The position numbers and the translations under genes are program-made. Under the pieces are notes generated by a model. It saw only the letters and a program-made list of their open reading frames with translations. It was not told the origin of the DNA and ran no database searches. A DNA stretch of 64,000 bases from Methanobacteriota archaeon (lineage in GTDB: Archaea > Thermoplasmatota > Poseidoniia > Poseidoniales > Thalassarchaeaceae), in assembly GCA_004195715.1 (NCBI GenBank), contig PSPX01000005.1, forward strand, positions 200-64,199, read 5' to 3'. Positions 48,945 to 58,551 of the stretch are shown here, in pieces; positions within the stretch are counted from its first letter, which is position 1, and the number at the start of each line of letters is the position of its first letter.

Positions 48945-49898
48945 TTACTCAAAACTGGATGAGATATGAATGCCCCGAACCAGTGCGTGGAGCATGGCGT
49001 TCCTCGGAGTAGGGACGCCGACTGACTCCCCCAGTGATACTACTGCCCCGCACAGCTCGTCAATCTCCGTTTGACGTCCCGCCATCACGTCCTGCAGCAT
49101 CGAGCAGCGGTTCTGTGCAGTCGCCCCTACTACAGTGCGCAAAGTGCCCTCAAGGTCGATTTCGGAGAGGTCGACTCCGCTGGCGGCGGCGACAGTTGAT
49201 GCCTCTAACATCGCGGAGAACGCCTGATCCCAGAGCTCGGGCACCTCAAGCAGCGCTCCGTTGCGCACGCCGGCTATCGAGCACACTGGATTAATTGCAA
49301 CATTGAGTAAGATCTTCGTCCAGATAGTGCACTGGATGTCTTCCGACCAATCGGGTTCGAGGTGAGCCTCTTCCAGTTTGGTCATCAGCATCGCTGCAGC
49401 CCCTTCGGGAGAGGAGTTGTCGAATCTGCCCAGCCTGATGTTGCCGCGGCCGACCCAGTGAGTTCCGGCCTCACTGCGCCATGCTCCGTGAGTGGTTGTC
49501 CCTCCGAGAGTTCTGGCCCTACTCAACCTGTGAGCGAGGGTCTCGGCGTGCCCCATGCCGTTCTGTAGGCTGACAGCGATGCCTTCCTCACTAAGCAACT
49601 CCTCAGCAATCTGCGCGAGTATAGGGGTCGAGTCAGCCTTGCCACAGATGAGCACGGCATCGCACGACCCCCGTAGATCCGTAGGCAGTGGGCCAGCTTC
49701 GCTGTCCACGGTGACAAAACGCTCGGGAGGAATCGCTTCAATCGGGCCTTCTGGTGTGTGCAGGACCAATCCTGCCTGTGACAGTATCCTGAAGTTCTCT
49801 CCTCGAGATACAGCCACCAGTTCGGCGTCGGTGTCGGACAAGGCACCCAGAAGGACTCCGCCTATTGCGCCAACGCCGAGGATGGCTATTCGCATCAT
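48945..49898 (-). CDS. 2-dehydropantoate 2-reductase family (KPR/ApbA-like) oxidoreductase
   Basis: MRIAILGVGAIGGVLLGAL Rossmann N-terminus. Start moved to the ATG at 49898. Confidence 0.55.
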   Translation of the reverse strand: MMRIAILGVGAIGGVLLGALSDTDAELVAVSRGENFRILSQAGLVLHTPEGPIEAIPPERFVTVDSEAGPLPTDLRGSCDAVLICGKADSTPILAQIAEELLSEEGIAVSLQNGMGHAETLAHRLSRARTLGGTTTHGAWRSEAGTHWVGRGNIRLGRFDNSSPEGAAAMLMTKLEEAHLEPDWSEDIQCTIWTKILLNVAINPVCSIAGVRNGALLEVPELWDQAFSAMLEASTVAAASGVDLSEIDLEGTLRTVVGATAQNRCSMLQDVMAGRQTEIDELCGAVVSLGESVGVPTPRNAMLHALVRGIHISSSFE

Positions 49899-52366
49899 GC
49901 GGCCTCCCACGAACGCGCCGCAAAGTGTAGAGTGATGCCATCTTCGTCTGCCGTCACCCACGCTGCCCACCAGGCAAAGGGGGCCCCGTGAACGGATGCG
50001 TTGGCTGTGACCGATGACATCGCTGCCACTTCAGACGGTGCCCAAGCCTCCCAGTTATCCCAAGCGACTGCGTCTCCTGTCCAATCGAGAGATATAGACA
50101 TCGAGGTGTTTTCTCGGTTAACGATGCTAAACTCACCGTTCGGCATCCTCGACGAGAGGGTTCCGGGGTCAACCATGACATCCGGCCCCTCAACCACCCT
50201 GTACGAGGCGAGCATAGTCGTTCCTTGGCACAGCGCCAGCCAGCCCGATGCGCTGAATCGGAGGGTCGCGTTATCGATCTCACCGGCCGGAAGGAGTATC
50301 GACGAGCGGTCAGCGAGGTCCCTGACCCAGTCGCCGCTGGCGTTGACTTCGGCGATTACGTCAGTGGAGGGGCAGAAGGCCGAACCGGACTCGCCCCGGG
50401 CTATCACGTACTCGGAGTTCGACTCGAACCACTCGGGAATGCGCCACACGCCGTCAGAGACCTGGATTATGGGCTGGGTACCCTCGATCGGCAGGAACAG
50501 GACGTCATTGGATAGATTTTCACGGGACAGGGAGATGGAAGGACCTAACCTGCGGTACTGGTCGTCCCGCAACGACAGGGATTGTAAGGCACCCTCGTGA
50601 CCTCGCATGCATAAATCATGAATTCCGGGGCCTAGAGAGGTCTCGTTCTCAAATGACCAGAACGGGTCGTAGTTCGTCAGGTTGACGTAGTCACCCTCGA
50701 CGACCATAATCTCAACGCAGATCCTAGGAGTCTGTGTGTCTTCGACCATCACCCAGAGGGGGTCTATCGGTGAAGTCACCCCTGTCGGATGGAACACTAT
50801 GGTGTACTCAGAGACGTGATCAGCGACATCGAGAAGGATGACCAGTCTGAATGTCTGCTCACTGGCCTCCATTTGATCACGATTCATGCTGACTGACACG
50901 CTACCGGGCGTGGCCTGGGTAATATCGTCGAAACGACATACTTCCCTTTCGTCCATGCACTCTGAATCAATCTGCCAGCCTCCGAACGGAGCTCCTTCGA
51001 TGCGCATCTGCAGCCAGCCGGAAACTGGCATCACCCCGACTGGCTCGAGCGACAACTCGACCTCGGTATTCCCATCCTCAAAGAAAATATGTGTGGGCCA
51101 AGATTCGGTTGACAGACCTTTGTCCCAATCCTCCATCTCGTAACTGGGCTCGAGGCCTGGGTAGCCAAGCAAGAGGATGATCAGCGTCAACGAGGCAATC
51201 TGTCGCATCTGAATTTCGTCGAGTCCTGCATACTCGTCGACGACGAAAGGGGATGGCATCTGCTCGGGACTGAACCTGCGCCATGCAGCGATGGCGGCCA
51301 GTAGGAGCCAGGGCCAGTATTCCGTGCTGATGAAGATGAGGAGCGCGAAACCGAGAGTCGCGATGAAAATGGACGTCTGGTTGCTGCCTTCCTGCATGTC
51401 TCCTGGACCGATTAGGGCGTGCAGTATCCGGTCACCCGGGAATCCAGGAATAGGAAGCAGGAGAGCCCATCCCGCAAGTGAGAGTGCGATGCCGGCCAGC
51501 CCGGTTGGATGTATCCACTGGAGTTTCAAGGTCACGTCAGAAGACAATATCACGGATCCAAGGATGTCCACTAGAGAATTGGTGTCGACCACTATCGGGG
51601 CTGCCTCGTAGGCCGGAGGTTGATTGGAGGTCATGCCGAGGCCGAGGATAGTCAGTATCGAGCCACAGACGAACATCACCGTCGGCGTGGTCAGTTCGAT
51701 GAATCCGAGAGCGCGTCGATTAGGGATGGGGTGCAGATCTGGCCTCATCTGGCCGATAGCAGATATCAGGCTGAACGGCCATTCGGGCGACATCACCGGG
51801 AAGGCGAGTGGGATCAGGTGGTTCGACTCGACCTCAAACGCGTCCGAGACGAATATGCGGGCGTAACTTGCGAGCAGAACTGATCCCATCACAGGGAGGG
51901 CGAAGAACACAAGAGAGGTCTGCAGGATTGCTGATTCCAAAACCGCCGGAGCGGGATTGAGATGAGTAACCCAGAGGGCTCCTGCCATGGTCACGAACCC
52001 TGTGACTAGGACCCATACCAGAGCCTGTTGCCAAGCCGGCATCACCATCACCTGCGACGGCAGTCCACAAACGCTGAGCAGAGGTGGGTCTCCCTCATCT
52101 AACACTGCAATCAGGCTGAGATCCTTGAGGTGCCTGTTCAGCGAGCGCAAGGATGCACTAGGACTTCGACCCTCCCTGCCGTTAACTTCCCATGAGTACT
52201 CTGCTAAGCCCTGACTACCGAGGACGAAGTACCTCGAGCAGATTACCTCGAGCAGTTCCTGCTGCTCCCATGTCTCGGTGTCCAGCAGGTGAATTTCGGC
52301 CTCGGTCATGGTGGCCCCTCGAGATTGGGTCGGGGAGGTCCGTTTTGACCCCTCGTACGTGTGCAC
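49895..52366 (-). CDS. Polytopic membrane protein with site-2-protease-like (M50-like) core lacking HEXXH, plus roughly 400-aa extracytoplasmic C-terminal domain
   Basis: LLLPIPGFPGDRILHAL resembles the M50 NLLPIPPLDGG motif, but no HExxH was found. Eight or more TM segments. An alternative start is the ATG at 52309. Confidence 0.35.
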   Translation of the reverse strand: MHTYEGSKRTSPTQSRGATMTEAEIHLLDTETWEQQELLEVICSRYFVLGSQGLAEYSWEVNGREGRSPSASLRSLNRHLKDLSLIAVLDEGDPPLLSVCGLPSQVMVMPAWQQALVWVLVTGFVTMAGALWVTHLNPAPAVLESAILQTSLVFFALPVMGSVLLASYARIFVSDAFEVESNHLIPLAFPVMSPEWPFSLISAIGQMRPDLHPIPNRRALGFIELTTPTVMFVCGSILTILGLGMTSNQPPAYEAAPIVVDTNSLVDILGSVILSSDVTLKLQWIHPTGLAGIALSLAGWALLLPIPGFPGDRILHALIGPGDMQEGSNQTSIFIATLGFALLIFISTEYWPWLLLAAIAAWRRFSPEQMPSPFVVDEYAGLDEIQMRQIASLTLIILLLGYPGLEPSYEMEDWDKGLSTESWPTHIFFEDGNTEVELSLEPVGVMPVSGWLQMRIEGAPFGGWQIDSECMDEREVCRFDDITQATPGSVSVSMNRDQMEASEQTFRLVILLDVADHVSEYTIVFHPTGVTSPIDPLWVMVEDTQTPRICVEIMVVEGDYVNLTNYDPFWSFENETSLGPGIHDLCMRGHEGALQSLSLRDDQYRRLGPSISLSRENLSNDVLFLPIEGTQPIIQVSDGVWRIPEWFESNSEYVIARGESGSAFCPSTDVIAEVNASGDWVRDLADRSSILLPAGEIDNATLRFSASGWLALCQGTTMLASYRVVEGPDVMVDPGTLSSRMPNGEFSIVNRENTSMSISLDWTGDAVAWDNWEAWAPSEVAAMSSVTANASVHGAPFAWWAAWVTADEDGITLHFAARSWEAA

Positions 52367-52386
52367 GGCGAACGAAGTTCGCCGTT

Positions 52387-53004
52387 TTACTTATTCTTGA
52401 AGCGCTTCAGACGGAACGTCTCCTCACGCTCCATCTCCTCAAGACGAAGCTGGATGAAGTTCCGTGCCTCTTCCATCTGAGGGATGACTACGTACTCAAG
52501 CGCGTTGACTCGACGCTTGGTCGCCTCAATCTCGACTAGGAGCCTCTTCAATGTCGCTTCCATCTCGGCGGCTTTGACAATCTTCTCGATTAAAGTGGAG
52601 TACGAGTCGGATGCCTCGTCGATGTATGCTGAGCCTCCGATCAGCCCAGTCCCTCTCTCATCTATCGAGGTGGTCAGGTTGGTTCCGACCACGCTCGGCA
52701 CAACAACTCCCATGATGTTGCGTGGAGTTACAGTGACCTCAGGGTGGCGCGAGATGGCTATGGCCGCACTCTTGACAGCGAGACCGCCTTCGATGGCACT
52801 GGCTAGGCTGATTGACTGAACTGCTTCCCGGTAGGTACCAACCAGTCCCTCACGGGCCTCTATCATCTCGGAGAGCAGGGTTCTGAACGCGTGGAACAGT
52901 CCGTCCCGCTTCATCTTGAGCAGGTTGTAGCCATTCTGGGTCTGCTTGATGCGTCGCTTGAGGTTAATCAGCTCGGATCTGGTTGGCTTGATGTCCAGAG
53001 CCAT
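52387..53004 (-). CDS. atpD: A-type ATP synthase subunit D
   Basis: MALDIKPTRSELINLKRRIK N-terminus. Coiled-coil protein of 205 aa. Confidence 0.9.
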   Translation of the reverse strand: MALDIKPTRSELINLKRRIKQTQNGYNLLKMKRDGLFHAFRTLLSEMIEAREGLVGTYREAVQSISLASAIEGGLAVKSAAIAISRHPEVTVTPRNIMGVVVPSVVGTNLTTSIDERGTGLIGGSAYIDEASDSYSTLIEKIVKAAEMEATLKRLLVEIEATKRRVNALEYVVIPQMEEARNFIQLRLEEMEREETFRLKRFKNK

Positions 53005-53036
53005 GTTTTACCTCCTCAGCGCCCTCTAGCTCCGAT

Positions 53037-54422
53037 TCACGACTTGCTCTCAGTTGGGTGATACTTGTCTATCCATTTCTGGTCCAGCCTGACGAGATAC
53101 TTCGTGTCGATATTGGTCAAGAGATCCCACGCGAGGTCGAGTGTGCCCTCTATTATCGAGCGGTCCTCGTCACGGCTTTGCCTGAGGAACTGGTCCTCGA
53201 AGATATCTGAGAACTTCAGTAACTGCAAGTCACGCTCGTTGAGCGCGTCCTCTCCGACAATAGCCACCAATCCTCTGAGTTCCCTACCTCCTGCGTAAGC
53301 AGCATAAAGTTGGTCGGAAACTGACTTGTGATCCTCTCTAGTCTTGCCCTCTCCAATTCCTGCGTTCATCAGCCTTGATAGAGATGGTAGAACGTTGATC
53401 GGAGGGTAAATTCCCTTTTGATGGAGTTCTCGAGAAATCACAATTTGTCCTTCGGTGATATATCCAGAAAGGTCAGGGATTGGATGTGTTATATCGTCCC
53501 CTGGCATAGTTAGAATTGGGAACTGAGTAATACTCCCTTTCTTGCCCTTCACCATGCCTGCTCTCTCGTATAGCATAGCTAAGTCAGTATACATGTATCC
53601 AGGATATCCACGTCTTCCAGGGACTTCCTCGCGGGCAGCTCCGATTTGTCTTAGAGACTCGCAGTAATTTGTCATGTCAGTGTAGATAACGAGAACGTGA
53701 TAATCGTGCTCGAATGCCAGATACTCGGCAGCCGTAAGAGCCAATCTCGGGGTAATCAAGCGCTCAACCGCAGGATCATCGGCCAGATTCACGAATAGTG
53801 CCGCATTCTCCAGTGCGCCAGTTCTCTCAAGATCGTGTACGAAGAAATTGTACTCCTCGGCGGTGATTCCCATTGCGCAGAAAACTACGACGAAGTCGTC
53901 GTCACTGTCCACTAGCTTGGCTTGCCTAGCAATCTGCAACGCTATGTCGTTGTGAGGTAGCCCGGATGCCGAGAATATCGGTAGCTTCTGCCCACGTACC
54001 AGACTTGTACAGGCATCGATGGCCGAGATCCCTGTCTGGATGAACTGCTCTGGGCTCTCGCGGCTGTAAGGATTGATGGCGGCACCGATGATGTCGGCCA
54101 TCTCCTCAGCCACAATCTCTGGACCTCCATCTCTAGGCTTTCCCGCGCCGTCTAGAATGCGTCCGATTAGTCCTTTGCTAACAGGGAGCTTGAAAACATC
54201 TCCGAGGAACTTAACTCCTGTCTGCCTGTCTACGGATGCAGTTCCCTCGAAGACCTGTACGATAACCTGATCATCACTAGTATCCAGCACCTGTCCATTC
54301 TTCATTGATCCATCTGAGAGTCGTAGTTGTACAATCTCGCCATATGCTACAGGCTCTGTCTTCTCCAAGAAGACCAATGGCCCCTTTACATCAGTAATTG
54401 TTCTGTATTCTTTTCCGCTCAT
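53037..54422 (-). CDS. atpB: A-type ATP synthase subunit B
   Basis: 461 aa. [10 protein letters not shown] / [15 protein letters not shown] blocks. No functional P-loop, as expected for subunit B. Confidence 0.95.
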   Translation of the reverse strand: MSGKEYRTITDVKGPLVFLEKTEPVAYGEIVQLRLSDGSMKNGQVLDTSDDQVIVQVFEGTASVDRQTGVKFLGDVFKLPVSKGLIGRILDGAGKPRDGGPEIVAEEMADIIGAAINPYSRESPEQFIQTGISAIDACTSLVRGQKLPIFSASGLPHNDIALQIARQAKLVDSDDDFVVVFCAMGITAEEYNFFVHDLERTGALENAALFVNLADDPAVERLITPRLALTAAEYLAFEHDYHVLVIYTDMTNYCESLRQIGAAREEVPGRRGYPGYMYTDLAMLYERAGMVKGKKGSITQFPILTMPGDDITHPIPDLSGYITEGQIVISRELHQKGIYPPINVLPSLSRLMNAGIGEGKTREDHKSVSDQLYAAYAGGRELRGLVAIVGEDALNERDLQLLKFSDIFEDQFLRQSRDEDRSIIEGTLDLAWDLLTNIDTKYLVRLDQKWIDKYHPTESKS

Positions 54423-54435
54423 TCATGGCACCCCC

Positions 54436-56178
54436 TTAGTTGTCCCCCATAGTCCCGGCAATCTGCTTAGACATCTCGCCGAGCAAGTCTCCAATGCGTT
54501 CTGCATAGCCCTCCTCAAATCGACCTCTCATCAGGTCAGTACGTGCAGGGACATTGACTACATCCTCTAGGCCAGCGCCGCCGGCCATTGCTTTCTCGGA
54601 CTCTTCTTGGAAAGTCAAGATAGCCTTAGCCATCTCGTATTGGAGATCCAATTTGCTGAATGTGTCGACATCATGGAAGGCGTTTTGCTGCAGGAAGTAT
54701 TCGCGTATCATTCGTGCAACCTCAAGTGTCAATTGCTGGTCCATAGGGAGAGCGTCGGAACCGACTAGTTGTACAATCTCCTGAAGCTCAGCCTCAACTT
54801 GGAGGAGGCTACTAATTTTTGTCCGTACCTCGGGGAAGTCACTAGCTATGTTATCTCGGTACCACTGGTCCAACGCCTGCGGATATAAGCTGTAAGAACT
54901 TAACCAGTTAATCGCTGGGAAGTGTCGCTGCCTTGCTAAACCTGCATCGAGCCCCCAGAACACCTTGACTATCCTCAGAGTGCCCTGACTGACTGGTTCG
55001 GATATGTCTCCTCCAGGAGGAGAAACGGCGCCAATAACTGAAACTGATCCGTCACCTCCACCAAGCGTCTGAACTCGGCCTGCGCGCTCGTAGAACTCGG
55101 CTAGGCGGCTTGATAGGTAAGCGGGGTATCCTTCCTCTCCGGGCATCTCTTCGAGTCGAGAAGAAATCTCTCGCATGGCCTCAGCCCACCTGCTGGTAGA
55201 GTCGGCCATAAGGGCTACATCGTATCCCATATCCCTGAAGTACTCGGCGATTGTGATGCCGGTGTACACAGATGCCTCACGTGCGGCAACTGGCATGTTA
55301 GAAGTATTGGCTATCATGGTGGTCCTGTTCATCAATGGTTTACCTGTGTTAGGATCCATCAAATTAGGGAACTCAGTAAGAACTTCTGTCATCTCATTTC
55401 CGCGCTCCCCACAGCCGATATAGACAACAATCTGAGCATCTGACCACCTGGCTAACTGCTGCTGAGTAACTGTCTTTCCAGCACCGAAAGGACCTGGGAT
55501 ACCAGCAGTACCTCCCTTGGCCAGAGGGAATAGGAAGTCGAGGATTCTCTGGCCGGTTATCAGAGGCACATCTGGAGCATTTTTCTTAATGAATGGTCTA
55601 GGAGTCCTCACAGGCCACTCCTGCATCATTGTTACCTCAGTGCCATCTTCTAGTGTACAAACAGTAGTTGTAACATCGAATTCACCAGACTGGATGTTGG
55701 CGACTTTTCCGGATTTTCCGGGAGGCACCATAATTCGGTGCTCGACGGTTTCGGTCTCCTGTACGATTCCTATAATTGAACCTCCAGACACCTCATCGCC
55801 AACGGAAACGCTGGCGTTGAATTCCCACTTCTTTGAAAGATCGAGTCCGTCTGCATCGACGCCACGGGTGATGAACACGCCCATAGTGGCCTCAAGATCC
55901 GCAAGAGGTCGCTGAATTCCATCATAAATCTGTGTCAGCAACCCTGGGCCCAGCTTAACGGACAAGGTCTGACCTGTCCTAATCACTGGCTCGCCGGGCC
56001 TGACACCCGATGTTTCCTCGTACACTTGTATGACCGATTGGTCGCCGTGTAATTCGATTACTTCGCCCATCAGTCCTTCATCGCCAACTCGCACCACTTC
56101 GTACATTCTCGGCGAGATGCCGACGGCCGTGACGACCGGTCCTGAGATTCTGTAAATTAATCCGTTTTCTTCACTCAT
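54436..56178 (-). CDS. atpA: A-type ATP synthase catalytic subunit A
   Basis: GPFGAGKTV Walker A. 580 aa, so no intein. Confidence 0.95.
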   Translation of the reverse strand: MSEENGLIYRISGPVVTAVGISPRMYEVVRVGDEGLMGEVIELHGDQSVIQVYEETSGVRPGEPVIRTGQTLSVKLGPGLLTQIYDGIQRPLADLEATMGVFITRGVDADGLDLSKKWEFNASVSVGDEVSGGSIIGIVQETETVEHRIMVPPGKSGKVANIQSGEFDVTTTVCTLEDGTEVTMMQEWPVRTPRPFIKKNAPDVPLITGQRILDFLFPLAKGGTAGIPGPFGAGKTVTQQQLARWSDAQIVVYIGCGERGNEMTEVLTEFPNLMDPNTGKPLMNRTTMIANTSNMPVAAREASVYTGITIAEYFRDMGYDVALMADSTSRWAEAMREISSRLEEMPGEEGYPAYLSSRLAEFYERAGRVQTLGGGDGSVSVIGAVSPPGGDISEPVSQGTLRIVKVFWGLDAGLARQRHFPAINWLSSYSLYPQALDQWYRDNIASDFPEVRTKISSLLQVEAELQEIVQLVGSDALPMDQQLTLEVARMIREYFLQQNAFHDVDTFSKLDLQYEMAKAILTFQEESEKAMAGGAGLEDVVNVPARTDLMRGRFEEGYAERIGDLLGEMSKQIAGTMGDN

Positions 56179-56211
56179 TTTTTCACTTCCTTATCATTGT
56201 AATATTGGAAT

Positions 56212-56511
56212 CTACTTCCAGAGGTCGACGCCTAGTGCCGACTTGATGGACTCTCGGAGGGTGTTGTCCTCTTCTGTCCCTATGCCCAGTACTGTGGGCG
56301 ATATGCTGTCGGACATGCGCTGTCTGAGCTTGTCCGGCATGCGAGTCAGATCGGCTGCGTCAACAACGATGATGCCGACCTCCTCCTCATCGAGCATCAA
56401 TCGGAGGGCTTGACTCATCTCCTCGTCGTTCTCGGGGTTGTGCAGGCGCATGATGCCCGCTAGTTGGAATCCGAGGGTGAACTCGGGAGAGCCTACTATC
56501 GCTATCTCCAT
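56212..56511 (-). CDS. atpF: A-type ATP synthase subunit F
   Basis: MEIAIVGSPEFTLGFQLAGI N-terminus. 99 aa. Confidence 0.8.
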   Translation of the reverse strand: MEIAIVGSPEFTLGFQLAGIMRLHNPENDEEMSQALRLMLDEEEVGIIVVDAADLTRMPDKLRQRMSDSISPTVLGIGTEEDNTLRESIKSALGVDLWK

Positions 56512-56520
56512 CTTCTCACC

Positions 56521-57576
56521 TCAGAACGCCATGTGCGCTTCTATTACATCATCCGAAAGTCCAACCGCCTTGCCGCGCACCAGCAGACGGAGATTCTGGA
56601 CTTCGAGCACCTTGCTCTCAAGGTAGTAGATGAGGGGGAACGCCGAGAGTGGGTTGAGGTGGCTCATTCGCCTCAAATCCGCTCTTCTCTCTGATGCGAG
56701 ATAACTGACTACCGGATCGAAGCCACCATGCTCATGCGACTCCTTGAGTGCCTCCTCTAGTTCAGCGGTCTCCATACTGGATCTTCGCAGGACCTCCATC
56801 AGTGCATCCTCGGTGTCTGCCTGGGCAGCGCTGCGGAGCAGGTTGCCCTTCAGCGCCCTGCCTCCTTCCAGAATCAGTCCTGCTCTCTGCTCGGCAGATA
56901 GATTCTGACGTAGGGCCCGCAGTAGGTTCATGATATTGCGATGGTCAATCTCGGTACGTAGGTAAACCAACAACAGACTGTGCCTCTGCCCACTGGCCCT
57001 CAGCGCGGAAATTGCTTCGTGGTAGTAGTGACGATCGAGTGCGTCCTCATATTCCTGTAGACGTGTGTCGGCGTCGAAGTCGGATATGGCTGACCCCCAA
57101 GGAGTTCCGCGCATAGCCGCAGCAGCGTCATGGAGGGTGTCGCTCTGGCGAGTAATCTCGAGCCAATTCACATTGAGCTCATTCTCATCGGGTAAAACTG
57201 AGTTGGCGAGACTCTCTACAGAGGCCCCACCGTTGACGGCACGGAGTACCGCTTTGGCGTTACTATACGAAAAACGAAGGGCGAAAACAGAGACAATTCT
57301 CTTGAGACGACCTTGGCAGAAGCCCATGACCTCTGTTAGTTCTCTGTCTAGATTGTGACTCAGAGCCGCCTCAACGAGATCTGCGCCGCTGAGGCGAGCT
57401 GAATAGATATCTAGCTCCCTACGATAGTCGAGTTCTCCGATGCTGGCTGCGATAGTATCGGGACCGCTCTTCATCAATTGGCGCAGCCTAGTCTCGTCGA
57501 TTAGCTTGGACTTCCTTGCCTTGCTGCGGGCGGAGGCGTTAGCCCAGTTGCCCTTACCGACTGCTATCTCCGCCAT
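56521..57576 (-). CDS. atpC: A-type ATP synthase subunit C
   Basis: GNWANASARSKARKSKLI N-terminal block. Start moved to the ATG at 57576. Confidence 0.75.
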   Translation of the reverse strand: MAEIAVGKGNWANASARSKARKSKLIDETRLRQLMKSGPDTIAASIGELDYRRELDIYSARLSGADLVEAALSHNLDRELTEVMGFCQGRLKRIVSVFALRFSYSNAKAVLRAVNGGASVESLANSVLPDENELNVNWLEITRQSDTLHDAAAAMRGTPWGSAISDFDADTRLQEYEDALDRHYYHEAISALRASGQRHSLLLVYLRTEIDHRNIMNLLRALRQNLSAEQRAGLILEGGRALKGNLLRSAAQADTEDALMEVLRRSSMETAELEEALKESHEHGGFDPVVSYLASERRADLRRMSHLNPLSAFPLIYYLESKVLEVQNLRLLVRGKAVGLSDDVIEAHMAF

Positions 57577-57586
57577 TGCTTTTCCC

Positions 57587-58153
57587 TCACTTTCCGAATA
57601 ACGTGTTGCTGACTTCTCCAAGGCTCGCGTTCCATGCGTCGCGTAACCTTCCTTCGAAGCGGTAGTCTATCAGGATGGAACCATCTGGACTCTCAAGCAC
57701 AAAGCCCCCTAGTCCATCGGTGTCCTCTCCTATCTGGAATCTTTCAGAGTATCTTGACAGAATCTCTCGGTCAACTGCTACTGGACGTAGGACCATGCCA
57801 TCACCAGATTCTGCAGTAGCCTTCTGCACTAAGGATTCGAGTATTTCCTCCCTGCCCTTCAAGTCGGCTGCGCCGACCTGAGACATGACTTCTGACCACG
57901 TTGAGTCTAGCTCTGCCCTACGTGCGACAAGGAGACGTTTCTGGTTCCTCTGACGCGCAGCAGCGATGCTTTCGACTGCAATCCGGTCGCTCATCTTTTC
58001 AGCCTGAGTAATCGCTGCATCACGGTACTCAGCGACTGAATCTTTGGCCTCATCGCCGATGCGCTTAGCCTCGGCCTTGGCCTCTTTCGAGACTACCTTA
58101 GCCTCGGCCTTGACCATTGATTCAATCTCACTTGCTAATTTATCCAATGACAT
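57587..58153 (-). CDS. atpE: A-type ATP synthase subunit E
   Basis: Lys/Ala/Glu-rich N-terminal helix (MSLDKLASEIESMVKAEAK). Position between K and C. Confidence 0.7.
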   Translation of the reverse strand: MSLDKLASEIESMVKAEAKVVSKEAKAEAKRIGDEAKDSVAEYRDAAITQAEKMSDRIAVESIAAARQRNQKRLLVARRAELDSTWSEVMSQVGAADLKGREEILESLVQKATAESGDGMVLRPVAVDREILSRYSERFQIGEDTDGLGGFVLESPDGSILIDYRFEGRLRDAWNASLGEVSNTLFGK

Positions 58154-58189
58154 ATGTGACTCTCCATTATCTGCCTAGTCCCAAACGAT

Positions 58190-58516
58190 CTACAGTAAGA
58201 AGAGCGTAAGGAAACCGAACAGAACGATGGTCTCAGGCAGTACCGTGAACAGAAGTGCCAAACCGAACTTACTGCCGTCCTCGGCAATCATGCCAACGGC
58301 GGCTGCGCCGATTGGCCCTTGCGCTAGACCGGTTCCTATCCCACAACCAGCCAGCGCAATACCTGCGCCGAGCTTGGCTAGGGTGTCCTTATCGTTCCCT
58401 GTATCCGCTTCCACTTCCGCTTCCGCTTCCTGAGCAGTTGCGACACCGGCGACCAAGGTCGCGATGAACACAGTCATCAGCAGGCGGTAAACCATTTTCA
58501 TTCTCTTGTTTTCCAT
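58190..58516 (-). CDS. atpK: A-type ATP synthase proteolipid subunit K with N-terminal hydrophobic extension
   Basis: GAGIALAGCGIGTGLAQGPIGAAAVG helix 1. Helix 2 carries the conserved Glu (VLPETIVLFGF). A 45-aa N-terminal extension contains a hydrophobic segment. Confidence 0.75.
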   Translation of the reverse strand: MENKRMKMVYRLLMTVFIATLVAGVATAQEAEAEVEADTGNDKDTLAKLGAGIALAGCGIGTGLAQGPIGAAAVGMIAEDGSKFGLALLFTVLPETIVLFGFLTLFLL

Positions 58517-58551
58517 GTTTTTTCCTCCGTATTTTTCTCACTTTGTGAGTG

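Noticed and set aside
54436-56178. Intein in atpA or gyrB
   Set aside because: Both proteins have canonical lengths (580 and 658 aa) with contiguous conserved motifs. No insertion of intein size is present.
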